From: Octopus sinensis
Taxonomy: Eukaryota
Direction of reading: 5' to 3'
NCBI RefSeq assembly: GCF_006345805.1
Contig: NC_043020.1
Span: forward strand, 24,676,001 to 24,740,000
DNA: 64,000 bases
Position 1 is the stretch's first letter. Each line of letters opens with the position of its first letter. The position numbers were made by a program, and so were the translations under genes. The notes beneath the pieces were generated by a model, which did no database searches, was not told the origin of the DNA, and saw only the letters and a program-made list of their open reading frames with translations. Below are positions 10,791 to 24,570 of the stretch, piece after piece.

Positions 10791-13778
10791 TGGCCTCCCC
10801 TAACGCCTGCACAGCCGTCACCCCAATACTTTTACTAAATATTGGGGGTCTGTTGCATCAAAATAGAAACAAAATTTCTTTCCTGAGAGATCTTACTGCA
10901 TGCAGTCAAGCCCTATGCATAGCACTCATGGAAACTCACCTCAGCCCTGATATAGAGGACGCAGAAGTACACGTACCAAACTATGCCATACTGCGAACAG
11001 ACAGAAGGGAAAGGAGCCATAGTGGAGTTGCTGTATACATCCGAGATGACCTCACACCCCAGGTCTTAATGACATACTCAAATTCGGTATGTGAAACCTC
11101 AATTGTATACATAAGACAACATAATATAGTCATATGCAATACATATTGCCCACCGGATGCTCCAAATCACATAGGCAAGTTTGAAGATTACCTCACAAGA
11201 ATTAAAGAAATCCTCATGAATCTGGAACACCACGTGACCATATTTCTTATGGGTGATTTCAACTTCCCCAACGTCAAATGGCCCGAAGGTCTCATACTCT
11301 CAGGAATGAATCATTGCAAGCAAGTACAGGTGGAGTCCCTGCTCAACCTCATTAATGCCTTATTCATGGAGCAATTGTACACAAACCAACTAGGGCGAAT
11401 AACATTCTGGATCTCTGCTTCGCGAACAATATGGACATCATTCATGATGTGAAAGTGACACCGACATTAGTCTCGGATCACAACATAATAGAGCTGTCTA
11501 TGTTTGGGCCAAAAGTAACCAGAGACATACAGCCTAAAGGAAGCACCCGAAATCTCTCCAATCTGAACTTCCACAAAGCAGATTGGAAATCGATCCAAAA
11601 AGAGATTCTCAGAGAGGACTGACCGGAATGTCTCTCCACACCAGACATTGACATGAAACTAGAATGTTTCATGTCTTCTGTGCAAGCCGTATGCCAGAAA
11701 TATGTCCTATAGCACAAGGCCAAAACAAATAGGAGCAAGATTCTAAGAGACAGGAAGATCCTCATGAGACGACGGACGAAGGTTGCAAATCGACTCAACC
11801 AACATTCCAAAAGTAGCGAAACGTCCCGCCTAAAAGCAACACTGATGGAGATCGAAAAAAGGCTGCAACAATCCTATGTGAGGGAGAAAGCAGACAAAGA
11901 AGCCTGTGTTATAAAAGATATTAAATCAAACCCAAAGGCCTTCTTTCATTACGCGAAAGAAACAGTCTCAGCACATTACAAGATAGGACCCCTCCTCCAA
12001 AAGGATGGCTCTCTCACAGGCAGTCCAACTAAGATCAGTGAGATACTGAATGACCAGTTCAAAAGTGTCTTTACCACCCTGTTGGAACACAGACAAGTGA
12101 ACGAACCAGTGGACTTCTTTGCCGCCTCACCTATAACCAGCGAGGCAGTTACAATAGAATATATTGACATTAGCGAAGAAGATGTCCTACTAGCCATAGA
12201 TGAAGTGGACACAAACTCAACTGCTGGCCCTGATGGTTTCCCAGCAATCCTCCTCAAAGCGTGCAAGCATGCCCTGGCAAAACCCATCACGATTCTCTTC
12301 CAGAGCTTTCTTACAAATGGCAAACTGCCAAGCAAGCTGAAGGAGGGGATAATATGCGCAATACATAAAGGGGGAAGTAGAGCAGATGCCAAAAACTATA
12401 GGCCTATCTCTCTGACTTCACACATCAGCAAAGTCATGGAACGGATAGTCAGAAAGAAACTAATCGCATTCCTTGAGGAAAATAACTTGCTGAGTGTTAC
12501 CTAGCATGGTTTTCGACCAGGTAGGAGCTGCCTGACCCAGCTCTTACAACATTATGACTGGGTGTTGAGGCAGTTACTCAACAAATCAAATGTGGACGTA
12601 ATCTACCTTGATTTTGCAAAAGCTTTTGACAAGGTGGATCATGGTATGATATGCCACAAACTGCGTGACCTCGGCATAGCTGGAGAACTTGGAGTGTGGT
12701 TACATGACTTCCTGAAAGATAGGAGTCAGGCAGTAGTGGTTAATGGAGCCACCACTATGAACACACAAATAGTGAGTGGTGTTCCACAGGGCACTGTATT
12801 GGGACAACTGGTTTTTATAGTGGCCCTCTCAGATATGCCCTCAAATGCCCGGATAGCCACTCTGGCAAGCTATGCAGACGATACGAAAGTCTCGCAGAAA
12901 ATACAGAACCCCAGCGATGTTGCACACCTTCAGCAGGAGTTGGACTCAATCTACAGATGGGCTGAGGATAATAATATGCAGTTTAATGCTGAAAAATTCC
13001 AGGCCCTGCGCTACCAGCATCCAAACCTGAATATTAAACTTACAGGGTACACCAGTCCACAGGGAATTTCCTAGAGCCTAAGTCTGTGAGGGACCTGGGT
13101 ATCGATATGAGTGATGATACCTCTTTCCAAGTGCACATTACCAGGATGGCGACAAAGTGCAGACGACTGGCTGGATGGATCCTAAGAACATTCAGAACCA
13201 GAGATAAGGAAACCATGATGGTCCTCTGGCGGACATTCGTCCTCAGCCGCCTGGATTACTGCTCACAGCTATGGTCACCCGCCAGTGTGAAATTAACAGC
13301 GGACCTTGAAGCAATCCAGAGAAGATTCACAAAGAAGATCGTATCTTTGCAACAGCTCAGCTACTGGGAAAGATTGAAACAGCTAAGACTCTACTCTCTG
13401 GAGAGAAGACGGGAGAGGTATGCAGTAATATATATCTGGAAGATCCTGGAAGGAATTGTGCCAAATGTTGGCATTGTAAGCTACACCAATGCTAGAAAGG
13501 GGCGACACTGCATAGTGCCAAAGATCCCAGCAATGCCATCACGCTTCAGGACCAGCTACTGCAACAGCCTGGGTTTCAAGGGCCCACAGCTTTTTAATAT
13601 TCTCCCAAAGAGTCTAAGGAACTTGCACAAAATAGATGTAGCGGTTATTAAATCAAAGCTGGACATCTTCCTGTCAAGAGTCCCAGATGAACCTGCCCCA
13701 CGGAAAGAGGTGCAAATGAGGGTAGCTATATCAAACACCATTCTTCACCAAGTGCCACATATTAGAGGAGGCTCTTAG
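10790..13778 (+). pseudogene. LINE ORF2 (AP endonuclease plus reverse transcriptase), disrupted
   Basis: EN motifs LLNIGGL, LMETHL, GVAVYI, MGDFNFP, SDHNII. RT motifs NYRPISLTS, HGFRPGRSC, YLDFAKAFDKVDH, GVPQG, YADD. C-terminus LDYCSQLWSP...LYSLERRRER. In-frame stops at 11620, 11710, 12502 and 13072; frameshifts near 11400 and 13080. Confidence 0.95.
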
Positions 13779-13896
13779 TGTAGCACAAAATAGCGATGCA
13801 TCAGCATGGCCGCACCTCTGAGCTAAAACAAAAAAATATATATATATTATATATATATTTATATATTGTATATATATATATATTATATATATGTAT

Positions 13897-14300
13897 GTGG
13901 CTGTGTGGTAAGTAATTTGCTTACCAACTACATGGTTCCGGGATCAGTCCCACTACGTGGCACCTTGGGTAAGTGTCTTCAGCTATAACTTCGGGCCGAC
14001 CAATGCCTTGTGAGTGGATTTGGTAGACGGAAACTGAAAGAAGCCCGTCGTATATATGTATATATATATATGTATGCATGTGTATGAATGTGTTTGTGTG
14101 TCTGTGTTTGTCCCTATAGCATTGCTTGACAACCGATGCTGGTGTGTTTACGTCCCCGTCACTTAGCGGTTCGGCAAAAGAGACCGATTGAATAAGTACT
14201 GGGCTTACAAAGAATAAGTCCCGGGGTCGATTTGCTCGACTAAAGGCGGTGCTCCAGCATGGCCGCAGTCAAATGACTGAAACAAGTAAAAGAGTAAAAG
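13897..14300 (+). mobile_element. SINE family A, well preserved
   Basis: Near-complete unit ending aaggcggtgctccagcatggccgcagtcaaatgactgaaacaagtaaaagagtaaaag. Confidence 0.92.
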
Positions 14301-15352
<1,052 letters not shown>

Positions 15353-15925
15353 TCTTGTTATCTTCCTCCTCACATTTCTCTCTTTTCCTCCTTATATCAT
15401 ATTGTCTCTTCTATCTCTGATTAAAACTATTCTTTACCGTCCCCTACACACACACGTACACTCGCACTCACTCTCTGACAATTGTTTTTCTATCTCTTTT
15501 GCTTCACTTTATCCCTACTTACGAATCGGTGATACGTGCTTGAGCTCGTGTATCATTTTTCTGTTTGCGGGTGTGGGGGATTCATCGTCTCTTTATGAAT
15601 CTATACCTATCTATCTGTTTCATAATCCATCTTTATCTCCATCTCCTCAGCCACGTGCCACCCCCCACACATAATTATATCAATTCCAGGTCAATTCACT
15701 GACACACACGCACACATACATACACACATTTACATACACACGCATGTATATATATATATATATATATAAATAGAGAGAGAGAGAGAGAGAGAGGGAGGGA
15801 GAGTGAGAGTTCTCCATTATTCCCATTGTTCTATTAAAAATCTTACATATGTTCTCTTCTCCAATACAGCAGATCTAATTATCTGCCTCCACGTCAGACT
15901 AACACACCGACACTCGCGCACTCAT

Positions 15926-15977
<52 letters not shown>

Positions 15978-16199
15978 GTATATATACACACGTGTGTGTG
16001 TGTGTTTATGTATGTATGTATGTATGTGTGTATGTATGTAGTGGAACATACTTATGATTAACTCCAATATTCGCCTTTCAATCCGTTGTCTATACATAAG
16101 TTTCCTTTTCGTTGCTGTTTATATCTTTTCGTCAGAAATATCACCTTTTACGATATTCTCCACTCTGCACTCTACCAATTTGGATGGATTATAGTTTCC

Positions 16200-16495
16200 A
16201 ACTTAAATATACACCCTCCTTCACTTTCTATCAACTTTATATATATACACCTTGGAAACGCGGAGTAGATAAAACAGGGGACAACTGATGAAGGGAATTT
16301 ATGTTTCCTGTTTGTTTCTTTCGTTGTTCTAAAAAAGTTCGTTTTCTATGTTTTTGTTCTCGTTTCTCATTTCGTTCACGTTTTTTTGACGCCCTGCACC
16401 CATATATGCATGTATATATATACATATATATGTCGATATGTACATATGTGCATGTATATATGCATATATTTGTATATTATTTATATTATTATATG
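16200..16495 (+). repeat. Distant relative of the repeat at 47052, 56569 and 57456 (family X)
   Basis: ggaaacgcggagtagataaaa...actgatgaagggaattt versus cgaaacgtttagtagatgaaa...actgaagaaggggattt; the 3' ends (cctgcacccatatatgcatg / cctgtacacatatatgcgtg) are also similar. Confidence 0.55.
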
Positions 16496-16569
16496 ATCAA
16501 ACACCACGCATCCATTTCCAAGTACGTTTTAACTCTCTCTTTCCCTCTCTCTCTCCCCCTCTCTCTCCC

Positions 16570-16617
<48 letters not shown>

Positions 16618-17169
16618 GTTGTAATGTGGATCGTCGTCCATCTGTATGCTGTTGTGCGCACTGTAATATTCTTGGTGCCACTAATGTGTTGTGACGGTAT
16701 TCCACGTCTTAGTATCTTCGAGTCGTCTATCGTGCAATCGTTGATAGCTCCGAACGACAATGACTTTGAAACGTCTACCTTGACAGTAACTCGAACTTGT
16801 GTATACCACATAACTGACACTGATTCTGAGAACTCGTACAGCGACTCTACTACTACTACAGACCTCCTACAACAACTGACTGTCTAACTTTATAGTGACT
16901 CGTTCATACAACTTTTTCGCGTGGGAAGAGGAGTACTATTTTCAATATAACAAATTATACATAATAAATCTCTGAACGAGATATAACCACTAACTGCACG
17001 ACAATGTGAGGTATACTTGCCATCTCAATATAGCTAACCACTAAGGGTGGGTGTTACGGTAGCTTTTAGCCCTAGGAGATCATCGTCTCCAGCTGGCTTT
17101 AGGCACACTTTCTGTACCCTTATGGTATTTGCAAAGGGAGGTCACCCTTCCTCGTCAACCTAAATGATA

Positions 17170-17214
17170 CGCACGGACTGCAGTTTCTAGGTTTTGACCT
17201 GTCCTCGGCGTACG
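17170..17214 (-). ncRNA. Type I hammerhead ribozyme copy with U4C core mutation
   Basis: Identical to the + copy except CCGAGGA in place of CUGAGGA (position 17207). Confidence 0.7.
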
Positions 17215-17324
17215 ACAATCACCGGTTTTCGATGAAGGGAGACCCAATGCAAATTCTTATATCGCTTTTCCCAGTAACTTATCGTCACTGATTTCGAAAA
17301 ACTGTCTGCAAGCAATAATATTGT

Positions 17325-17369
17325 CGTACGCTGAGGACAGGTCAAAACCTAGAAACTGCAGTCCGTGCG
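17325..17369 (+). ncRNA. Type I hammerhead ribozyme, core boxes intact
   Basis: CGUACG-CUGAGGA-C-AGGU-CAAA-ACCU-A-GAAA-C-UGCA-G-UC-CGUGCG: 6-bp helix I, both core boxes, 4-bp helix II and GUC triplet (predicted cut after 17363); C-A mismatch at 10.1/11.1. Confidence 0.8.
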
Positions 17370-17606
17370 TATCACTTAGGTTGACGAGGAAGGGTGACCT
17401 CCCTTTGCAAATACCATAAGGGCACAGAAAGTGTGCCTAAAGCCAGCTGGAGAGGATGTTCTCCTGGGGCTACAAGCTACAGTAACACCTACCCTTAGTG
17501 GTTAGCCATATTGAGATGGCAAGTATAGCTCATAAATTATACATATATATATATATATATATTATGTATGTATAACGTAAAGATATGTACATACACATAT
17601 AGATAT

Positions 17607-17641
<35 letters not shown>

Positions 17642-19054
17642 CATACATAAATACATACATACATGCATACATAGGTACATATCCACATACATCTTTATAC
17701 ATACGTATTCATAGTTATGCAAATGTTTATATATATATATATATATGTATAACACACACAGATTGATATATCTGATAGATAAACGTGTGCATATTTATAT
17801 GTGTGTGAGTGTTAGTTGGTGTGTGTGTACTAGTGTGTGTGTGTGCGTGTGTGTAAGTGTAGTGGCGTTCATGTCCTTTGAATAATTCTAGCTCAGTTAC
17901 GTTTGTGGACGGGGTAGAATAGTAGTGAAAATGGAAGGAATTTTAACGTCTCTGATACAGTAATTATGTTAGTATACCGCTTCTCTCGAAGAAGGTCTTG
18001 GCCAGGGGTTATTTATTATCAGAGAGACATGGCGATAGACATATACAATTAGATGCGCACACATACCTATGTACATATAGACAGATACGCATACATATAT
18101 ACATATATACACATATATATATATACACACACATATACACACATATACACACATATGTATACACACGCTTATATATACACCTATATACACGCACACATAT
18201 ATACACACACACGCACATTAACACTCACATACATATAGGAGTAAATATACAATATATATTTGAGCAAAGGTACATGTGTAAATATATACACATATACATA
18301 CATACACATATTCATATATATATACATGCGTACATGCACACACACATATACGTGCATATTTACATACAAACACACAGGCATAGTGCACTAAAGTGGACTA
18401 TGTACAACGTGTAGACATTGTATATCTATTACAAACCCACTCAGTTTGCTCCATTCTTCGTCATTGTATAGAAACAGCTGAAACCGCAGCTGTTTTATAA
18501 ACAGGATCTACATCTAGCGGCAATACATGCAGACAAACATATAATAAATGGATATCCGTCGCGTTCCACGATGACTATTTGTTCCATCAACCGGGTTACC
18601 TGCTTCTTGAAATAATGTGTAAGTAGCTAAGTATTGCCAGTGGCATGTTTATACACTAGTAATTTAGTCTTCAGGTAGAATCAGCGACACAGCGGTATCG
18701 TATGATTTACTGGCGTGTTCTGTTCGATTATGTTTCCACAATGTTAAAGCTTCCGTCTCCGCAAATTTCATTCGCAAGGCGCCGTTAATGACTCTTGCCG
18801 CCATGTTGCCATGCAATGGGATCGAACCTGACGTCTCCATATTGCACAGATTTATTTCTGTGGACAGAAAAATTTTGATCAGCCTGATCTTTTGTCGTCA
18901 CACATTCATCAGAAAAATCGCCGCCATCTTGTGTTGATGAAGGCAATAGAAACTTACAACTGATTGTATCTAATTTGCATAAACTGTGCATATACTGACA
19001 GTGTGATTAATAATGCACCTAACAGCAATTTTGAATCTATATTTGTTAGTAATG

Positions 19055-19421
19055 TTATACCTCCGCCTTAGCGAAGGCGGAGTTATTATTTTCAGTCGTG
19101 TTTGTTTGTTTGTCCGTGGACAAGATATCTTAAGAACTGCTAGATGGATTTGGATGAAACTTTTAGGGATATTTGGCTTCGTGACTGGCACGAATTGATT
19201 AGATTTTGGGATCGATCCGGTACTGGACTAGGATTCTGGATTATTTTTCTTGTTTTTTACTTAACTTTTGAGAGCGGTCAGGTTCATTTTTAGTATTCTC
19301 GTTTGTGAGGGCAGTCGAGTTTATTTCAGATCTTCTCATTTTAAAAATTGTGTCCGGCTAATCGTTGAGAGGACGATGGTGTTGCCTTGGCAGAGGTTTG
19401 CTCTCTCTGAATGCTCTTGTT
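19055..19421 (+). mobile_element. Helentron-associated non-autonomous element (HINE/DINE-1-like)
   Basis: Starts ttatacctccgcc with palindrome ctccgcctt-agcg-aaggcggag, then gtttgtttgtttgtcc, gatggatttggatgaaactttt, and ends ccttggcagaggtttg...tgctcttgtt; subterminal inverted repeats and TT ends as in HINEs. Confidence 0.75.
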
Positions 19422-19670
19422 GTAATTTTGATGTTGCTAATGTATGTGGTGTTGGCAGCATGTTGTCGGGTTGCTTCACTTTTTATCATGAGACCCGGTT
19501 TGGTTGGAACCTGGCCATAATAATAAAATAACATCATGAAAATAGTATATACTTTGGTAGTCAATGTTCTGGCTTTAACAGAATAGGGGTCTTCTGCTTT
19601 TCTTTACAAATCCCATCAGATAGCCATCCATTTGGAGAATACTGTTTCAGTCTGTTACAACGATACAGAT

Positions 19671-20060
19671 GGCGCAAGCGTAGTTGTGTAGTAAGAAGTT
19701 TGCTTTTTAACCAGATGGTTCCGGTTTCAGTCTTACTGTGTGGCACCTTCAATAAGTATTCTCTACTGTAGCCTCGGATCTTCTGAGTGCATTTGGTAGG
19801 CGGAAACTGAAAGAATCCCGTCATAGATGTGTGTAGGTGTGTGTGTTCGTATTTATGTTTTTACCCCATCACCGCTTAACATCTGATGTTCGTTTATGTC
19901 CCCCGTAATTTTGCGGTTCGGCAAAAGAGAATCCATACAATAAATACCAGGCTTTAAAAAAAGAAAAGAAAAGAAACACTGGAGTCAATTCGTTCGACTA
20001 AACTTTTCAAAGTGGTGCCCCAACATGGCCGCAGACCACTTTGTGAAACAAATAAAAAAT
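19671..20060 (+). mobile_element. SINE family A, diverged
   Basis: ggcgcaagcgtagttgtgtagtaag...tggtgccccaacatggccgcagacc. Confidence 0.85.
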
Positions 20061-21330
20061 GTAAGCAAAAACAAAAAATGGAATTTTCCTTTCCAGCCAG
20101 GTCATTTCCAACTTTTGGAGGGCTATCGATCAATGGGACCGCTCTCTACATGCATAAACTATTTTATACTGCAGAATATACAGATTAAGACTGGTTCCCT
20201 AGACACGTGAAGACCTGCAACACTACTAAAGTGTGACCAAGCTTTAAAGCAGCCCTGCTCTCAACTCGGTCTCAATGATCTTGTCAGGTTCTTCGCAGTT
20301 TTCTTCTAATAACGCAGGCGTTGTGATCTTGATCTTGATCGCGTAAGCGGTTCGAGAGCGTGGTCCTGCACTCCACTAAATTTGCCCCAGAAAATTGGGC
20401 GAGAGGGGTGAAAATGATCAAGATGTACCAGCGAGCCCACAACCGCTGACTGTAAGGTCTGACGACACATCAAAGAGAGAGAGGGGGGAGAGCACTTTTC
20501 GGTGGTTACAATAAACCTAGATCTGATCCTTCATTGGTTCTCCATGTATTTCTTCTCATTGGCATTGAGATCCTCAATTGTATAACTTTTGCTTATTCTA
20601 TTTTTCTAAGGTTTGGGTTTTTTTCTAATCAATTCTACTCATATTGTTTTTGCATTCTGTCCTCGTACGTTCCCATCGCCTTTCAAACAAATTATTATTG
20701 TTAATGCTATTGTTGTTGCTGTTGATTTCGGCCGTACGTATATTAAATATTGGAACGACACACAGACACTTATTAATGGCCTCACTTTATAGGCTGCTTC
20801 ATGCCAATAACAGAAATTTTAATTGTTGTTATCATTCTTCTTCTTCTCCTCATCAATATTATTATTCTTATTACTATTATCATTATCACTATTATTCTTA
20901 TCATTGTAGTAGTAGTAGTAGTAGTAGTAGTAGAGGCCGTAACATCGGGCAATTATTAGATGGCCATATGGTGTGTGAGCAACGCTTTATCGTCTTTAAT
21001 GATGGTTACTTGGCGGTCTTTTCATGGCGATTGTGGTGACTGGGTGGTTGGTGGTGGTGGTGGTGGTGGTGGCATTGAAGGGCTGCGGTGCGGAGCGGCT
21101 GGTAACAATGTTCCGGTCTGCTGGACAGAATATGGAGAATGCTGTGGAGGAGTGATACGTAAATACAATACTTCCACAGTATTATCTCCCCTTCTCTTTC
21201 TCTCGCTCTCTCTCTTTCTCTCTCTGTATATAGATGCAGACGTACATGTAAGTCTATGTATGTATATGGATATGATGAGTATCTATATGTATATGTGTGG
21301 ATGTAGGTCTAATGCACATGTGTCTGTGTT

Positions 21331-21363
<33 letters not shown>

Positions 21364-21607
21364 CAGTGTGTCTGTATGTATGCAGGAGTTTGTACGTGCG
21401 TATAGGTCCGTGGAATTAGGTGTAGATGTGTGCGCGTTTCTCTGTATGCTTGCATAAGTACACATATATACATTTGTGCGTGTATATACATGTGGATGCG
21501 ACGGGCACATATACGTACACGGATATCTTCTTGTACCATTGTGCGTATGTGTCTGTGTGCAAGGCTGGAAGGTATACCTGTCTCTGCTTGTATGCATATA
21601 CGTGTGC

Positions 21608-21651
<44 letters not shown>

Positions 21652-21920
21652 GTTTAGTATCTGTGAATAGCTACATGTACGCATGTGCGTGTGTGTGACT
21701 GTGATATTAAAACGGACCGTTTAAAGAAGGTCACGAGGTGGTGGAGCCCCATGTGCTATGGTGTTATGCAATAGAGTCGTAAGTGGTGGTATAGGGTTGT
21801 GTATATGCACGTGTGTGGGGACGGGGTGGGGTTCAGGGAGATGTGCTCCTGGCATGGATATTGTGGTGTCTGGTTGTTTACTGAAATGGAATCAAGCACA
21901 TTGACACTAAAGGATATGTA

Positions 21921-21996
<76 letters not shown>

Positions 21997-22200
21997 TGTG
22001 TGTGCGTGTGTGTGTATATATGTATCAGTTCCATTATAGGATCAACAACAGAGGTACTCCATCCAGTAAACCTGAAAGATTGCTTCAACATACACATGTT
22101 ATAGAAATGCCTGTCAATTTAATGCATCTTAAAGCATGAAACTATAAGTAGCTCTTTTATAAGCGTGTGTGTTTGTGTGTTTGTGTGTGTGTGTGTGTAT

Positions 22201-22564
22201 TCTTTTATTAATTTTCTTGTTCCAGTGATTTGACTCGGCCATGCTGGAGCACCGCTTTTAGTCGAACAAATCGACCCCAGGGCTTATTCTTTGTAAACCT
22301 AGAACTTATGCTATCCGTCTCTTTTGCCAAAACGCTAAGTTATGGGAACGTAAACACCAGCATTGGTTGTCAAGTGATAGTGGGGGGGGGACCCAGACAC
22401 ACACATATATAAAGGATTTCTTTCCGTTTCCGTCTATCAAATCCACTCACAAGGTTTTGGTCGGCCCGAGGCTATAGCAGAAGACACTTGCCCAAGGCAC
22501 CACGCAGTGGGAACCCGGAACTATGTGTTGGAAAGCAAGCTTCTTACCACACAACCACTCCTGC

Positions 22565-22567
<3 letters not shown>
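22201..22567 (-). mobile_element. SINE family A
   Basis: gatttgactcggccatgctggagcaccgc...ttcttaccacacaaccactcctgcgtc. Confidence 0.9.
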
Positions 22568-22606
<39 letters not shown>

Positions 22607-22609
22607 TAT

Positions 22610-22642
<33 letters not shown>

Positions 22643-23305
22643 TGTTTTGTTTTGTTTTCCAGTTTCAGCTCTTGAGTTGTGGCCATGCTGGGGCACCGCC
22701 ATTTGGTGTTGCTACATAATTTTACTTCACGAATGCTTTTTAGCAACTGCCATTTGGTGCATAAGAGAGTTTGATGCAGCTGCCCTCATCTGCACCTCCT
22801 GCCGTGAAGTTGGTTCATCCTGGACACCTGACAGGTAGAGATCCAGTCCTACTTTAAAGACATCCCCATGCAGGTCCCTCAGGTTCTTCGGGAGGATATT
22901 GAAGAGCTGTGGGCCTCTGAAGCCCAGGCTATCACAGTATCTTGTCCTACATCTTGATGGCAAATTTGGAGTCCTTGGCACCACGCAGTGGCGCCCAGGT
23001 CTGGCATTTGTGTAACTCTTGATGCCAAAGTTTGGGACAATTCCTTCCAGGATCTTCCAGATGTATATTATGGCATATCTTTCTCGCCTACGCTCCAAGG
23101 AATAGAGTCTTAATCTCTTGAGTCTTTCCCAGTAGCTTATATGCTGCACAGAGGCTATCTTCTTTGTGTAGCTTCGTTCGATCGCCTCAAGTTCTGTGAT
23201 CAACTTGACACTGGATGGTGACCATAGCTGAGAGCAATAGTCAAAATGGTTTAGGATAAGTATCCTCCAGAGGACCATCATGGTTTCTTGTTCTCTTGTT
23301 CTAAA
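22643..23305 (-). mobile_element. CR1-like LINE 3' fragment (second subfamily, related to 10320-13827)
   Basis: ORF 22727-23329 gives FRTREQETMMVLW...DYCSQLWSP...LYSLERRRERY...GPQLFNILPK; 3'UTR ends gctgaaactggaaaacaaaacaaaac next to (TA)n. Confidence 0.92.
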
Positions 23306-23312
23306 GAGAACA

Positions 23313-23464
23313 AGTGTCAAGTTAATCACAGAACTTGAGGCGATCCAACGAAGCTACACGAAGAAGATAGCCTCTGTGCAGCATATAAGATACTGGGAAA
23401 GACTCAAGAGATTAAAACTCTATTCCTTGGAGCGTAGGCGAGAAAGATATGCCATAATATACAT
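23313..23464 (+). mobile_element. Inverted duplicate of LINE segment 23061-23212
   Basis: 152-bp arms with 5 substitutions and a 100-bp spacer; junction hairpin cttgttct-aaag-agaacaag at 23295-23314. Confidence 0.9.
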
Positions 23465-23507
23465 ATATACATATATATATGTATATATTTATTTATTTAT
23501 TTATTTA

Positions 23508-23700
23508 TCACGTGATCACATGACCGACCATGCTGTCAGATGCTGTTACATATCGTTGGTCACAATGCGCATTTGCATTATCTCAGCCTTCAAATGACAC
23601 CATCCCACTGGCTAGAAGAGCAGGCCAACATTTCCCGATGAGCGAAAAGGGGACAAGAGCAGCGTGAAGTGAAGTGCTTTGCTCAAGAATACCACGAGGT
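23508..23700 (-). mobile_element. SINE family C-like fragment
   Basis: tcacgtgatcacatgaccgacca...gtgaagtgctttgctcaagaataccac; the ttgagcaa motif is shared with 32852-33166. Confidence 0.55.
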
Positions 23701-23770
23701 ATTATCAAAGATAAAACAACAGCCTAACCACTAGGCCACAACCCTTTCTCTCTCTCTCTCGCTCTCTCTC

Positions 23771-23807
<37 letters not shown>

Positions 23808-23822
23808 GACAGACAGACAGAC

Positions 23823-23881
<59 letters not shown>

Positions 23882-24389
23882 ATTCCTATCGCTGCGTAGG
23901 CTACGACGACGGGTGTTCCAGTTCGTCCGGTCAACAAAACATGCTGCTCCTGAAATTAGCATGCAAGTGGCACAACACTCCACATATACGCCTTCCCATA
24001 ACATAGTTTGCAGGAAGATTCCGTCTGTCGCAGCAGGAGACAAGGGTGGAGCCTTCGAACTACATACATAATTCATTTTTGCCAGCTGAGTACCGAGAAA
24101 TAAAGCATCTTTATTATTGGAGGAATCTCGAGTATAACCAACCGAAATTGCAAAGATAATCTGGAAATCGACTGAGGAAAGAAAACTCCGAATGACCCGT
24201 CCTTGTTTCCTTGTATCGTCTATCTGCATACTTTTCTTGTCCCTTTTATGTATCACTTAACTGTCTGGATGTTTTGCGTTCTTGTCCCATTTTGTGTGTG
24301 TATATTATATATATATATATCAGTATACTAGTACATAGGTAACTCAATCAACGTAAGCAACGTTCATGGTAGGTTATATTATTCACGCT

Positions 24390-24570
24390 AGACGAAATGC
24401 TTAGTACCACTACGTTCCAAGCTCAAATTCCACCGGGATCGACTTTGCATTTCATTCTTTCGGGGTCGATAAATTAAGGACCAGTGAGTCACTGAAGATC
24501 GATGTAATTGATTAGTCCCCCCTCCCCAATTATTATATGCCTCGTACCTTCAGTAGAAAGGATTATCATT
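24390..24570 (+). mobile_element. SINE family B
   Basis: gaaatgcttag...ctcaaattccaccgggatcgactttgc...tttcggggtcgataaattaag. Confidence 0.8.

Larger units (their letters stand above)
10320..13827 (+). mobile_element. 5'-truncated CR1-like (Jockey superfamily) LINE, 3.5 kb, inactive
   Basis: ORF1 remnant, AP endonuclease, RT, C-terminal domain and short 3'UTR ending in aaaacaaaaaaa(TA)n; TA-rich sequence on both flanks. Confidence 0.95.
16964..17533. mobile_element. Hammerhead-bearing inverted-repeat element (Penelope-like pLTR or retrozyme derivative)
   Basis: Arms 17007-17219 and 17320-17532 are reverse complements (213 bp, 11 substitutions, no indels) around a 100-bp spacer; aaattatacata at 16952-16963 and 17534-17545 is a candidate 12-bp TSD. 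Confidence 0.8.

Noticed and set aside
17007-17532. Ordinary DNA-transposon MITE interpretation of the 213-bp inverted arms
   Set aside because: No TA or other TSD directly at the arm ends, the candidate TSD lies 43 bp further out on one side, and the arms encode a hammerhead fold. Not fully excluded.
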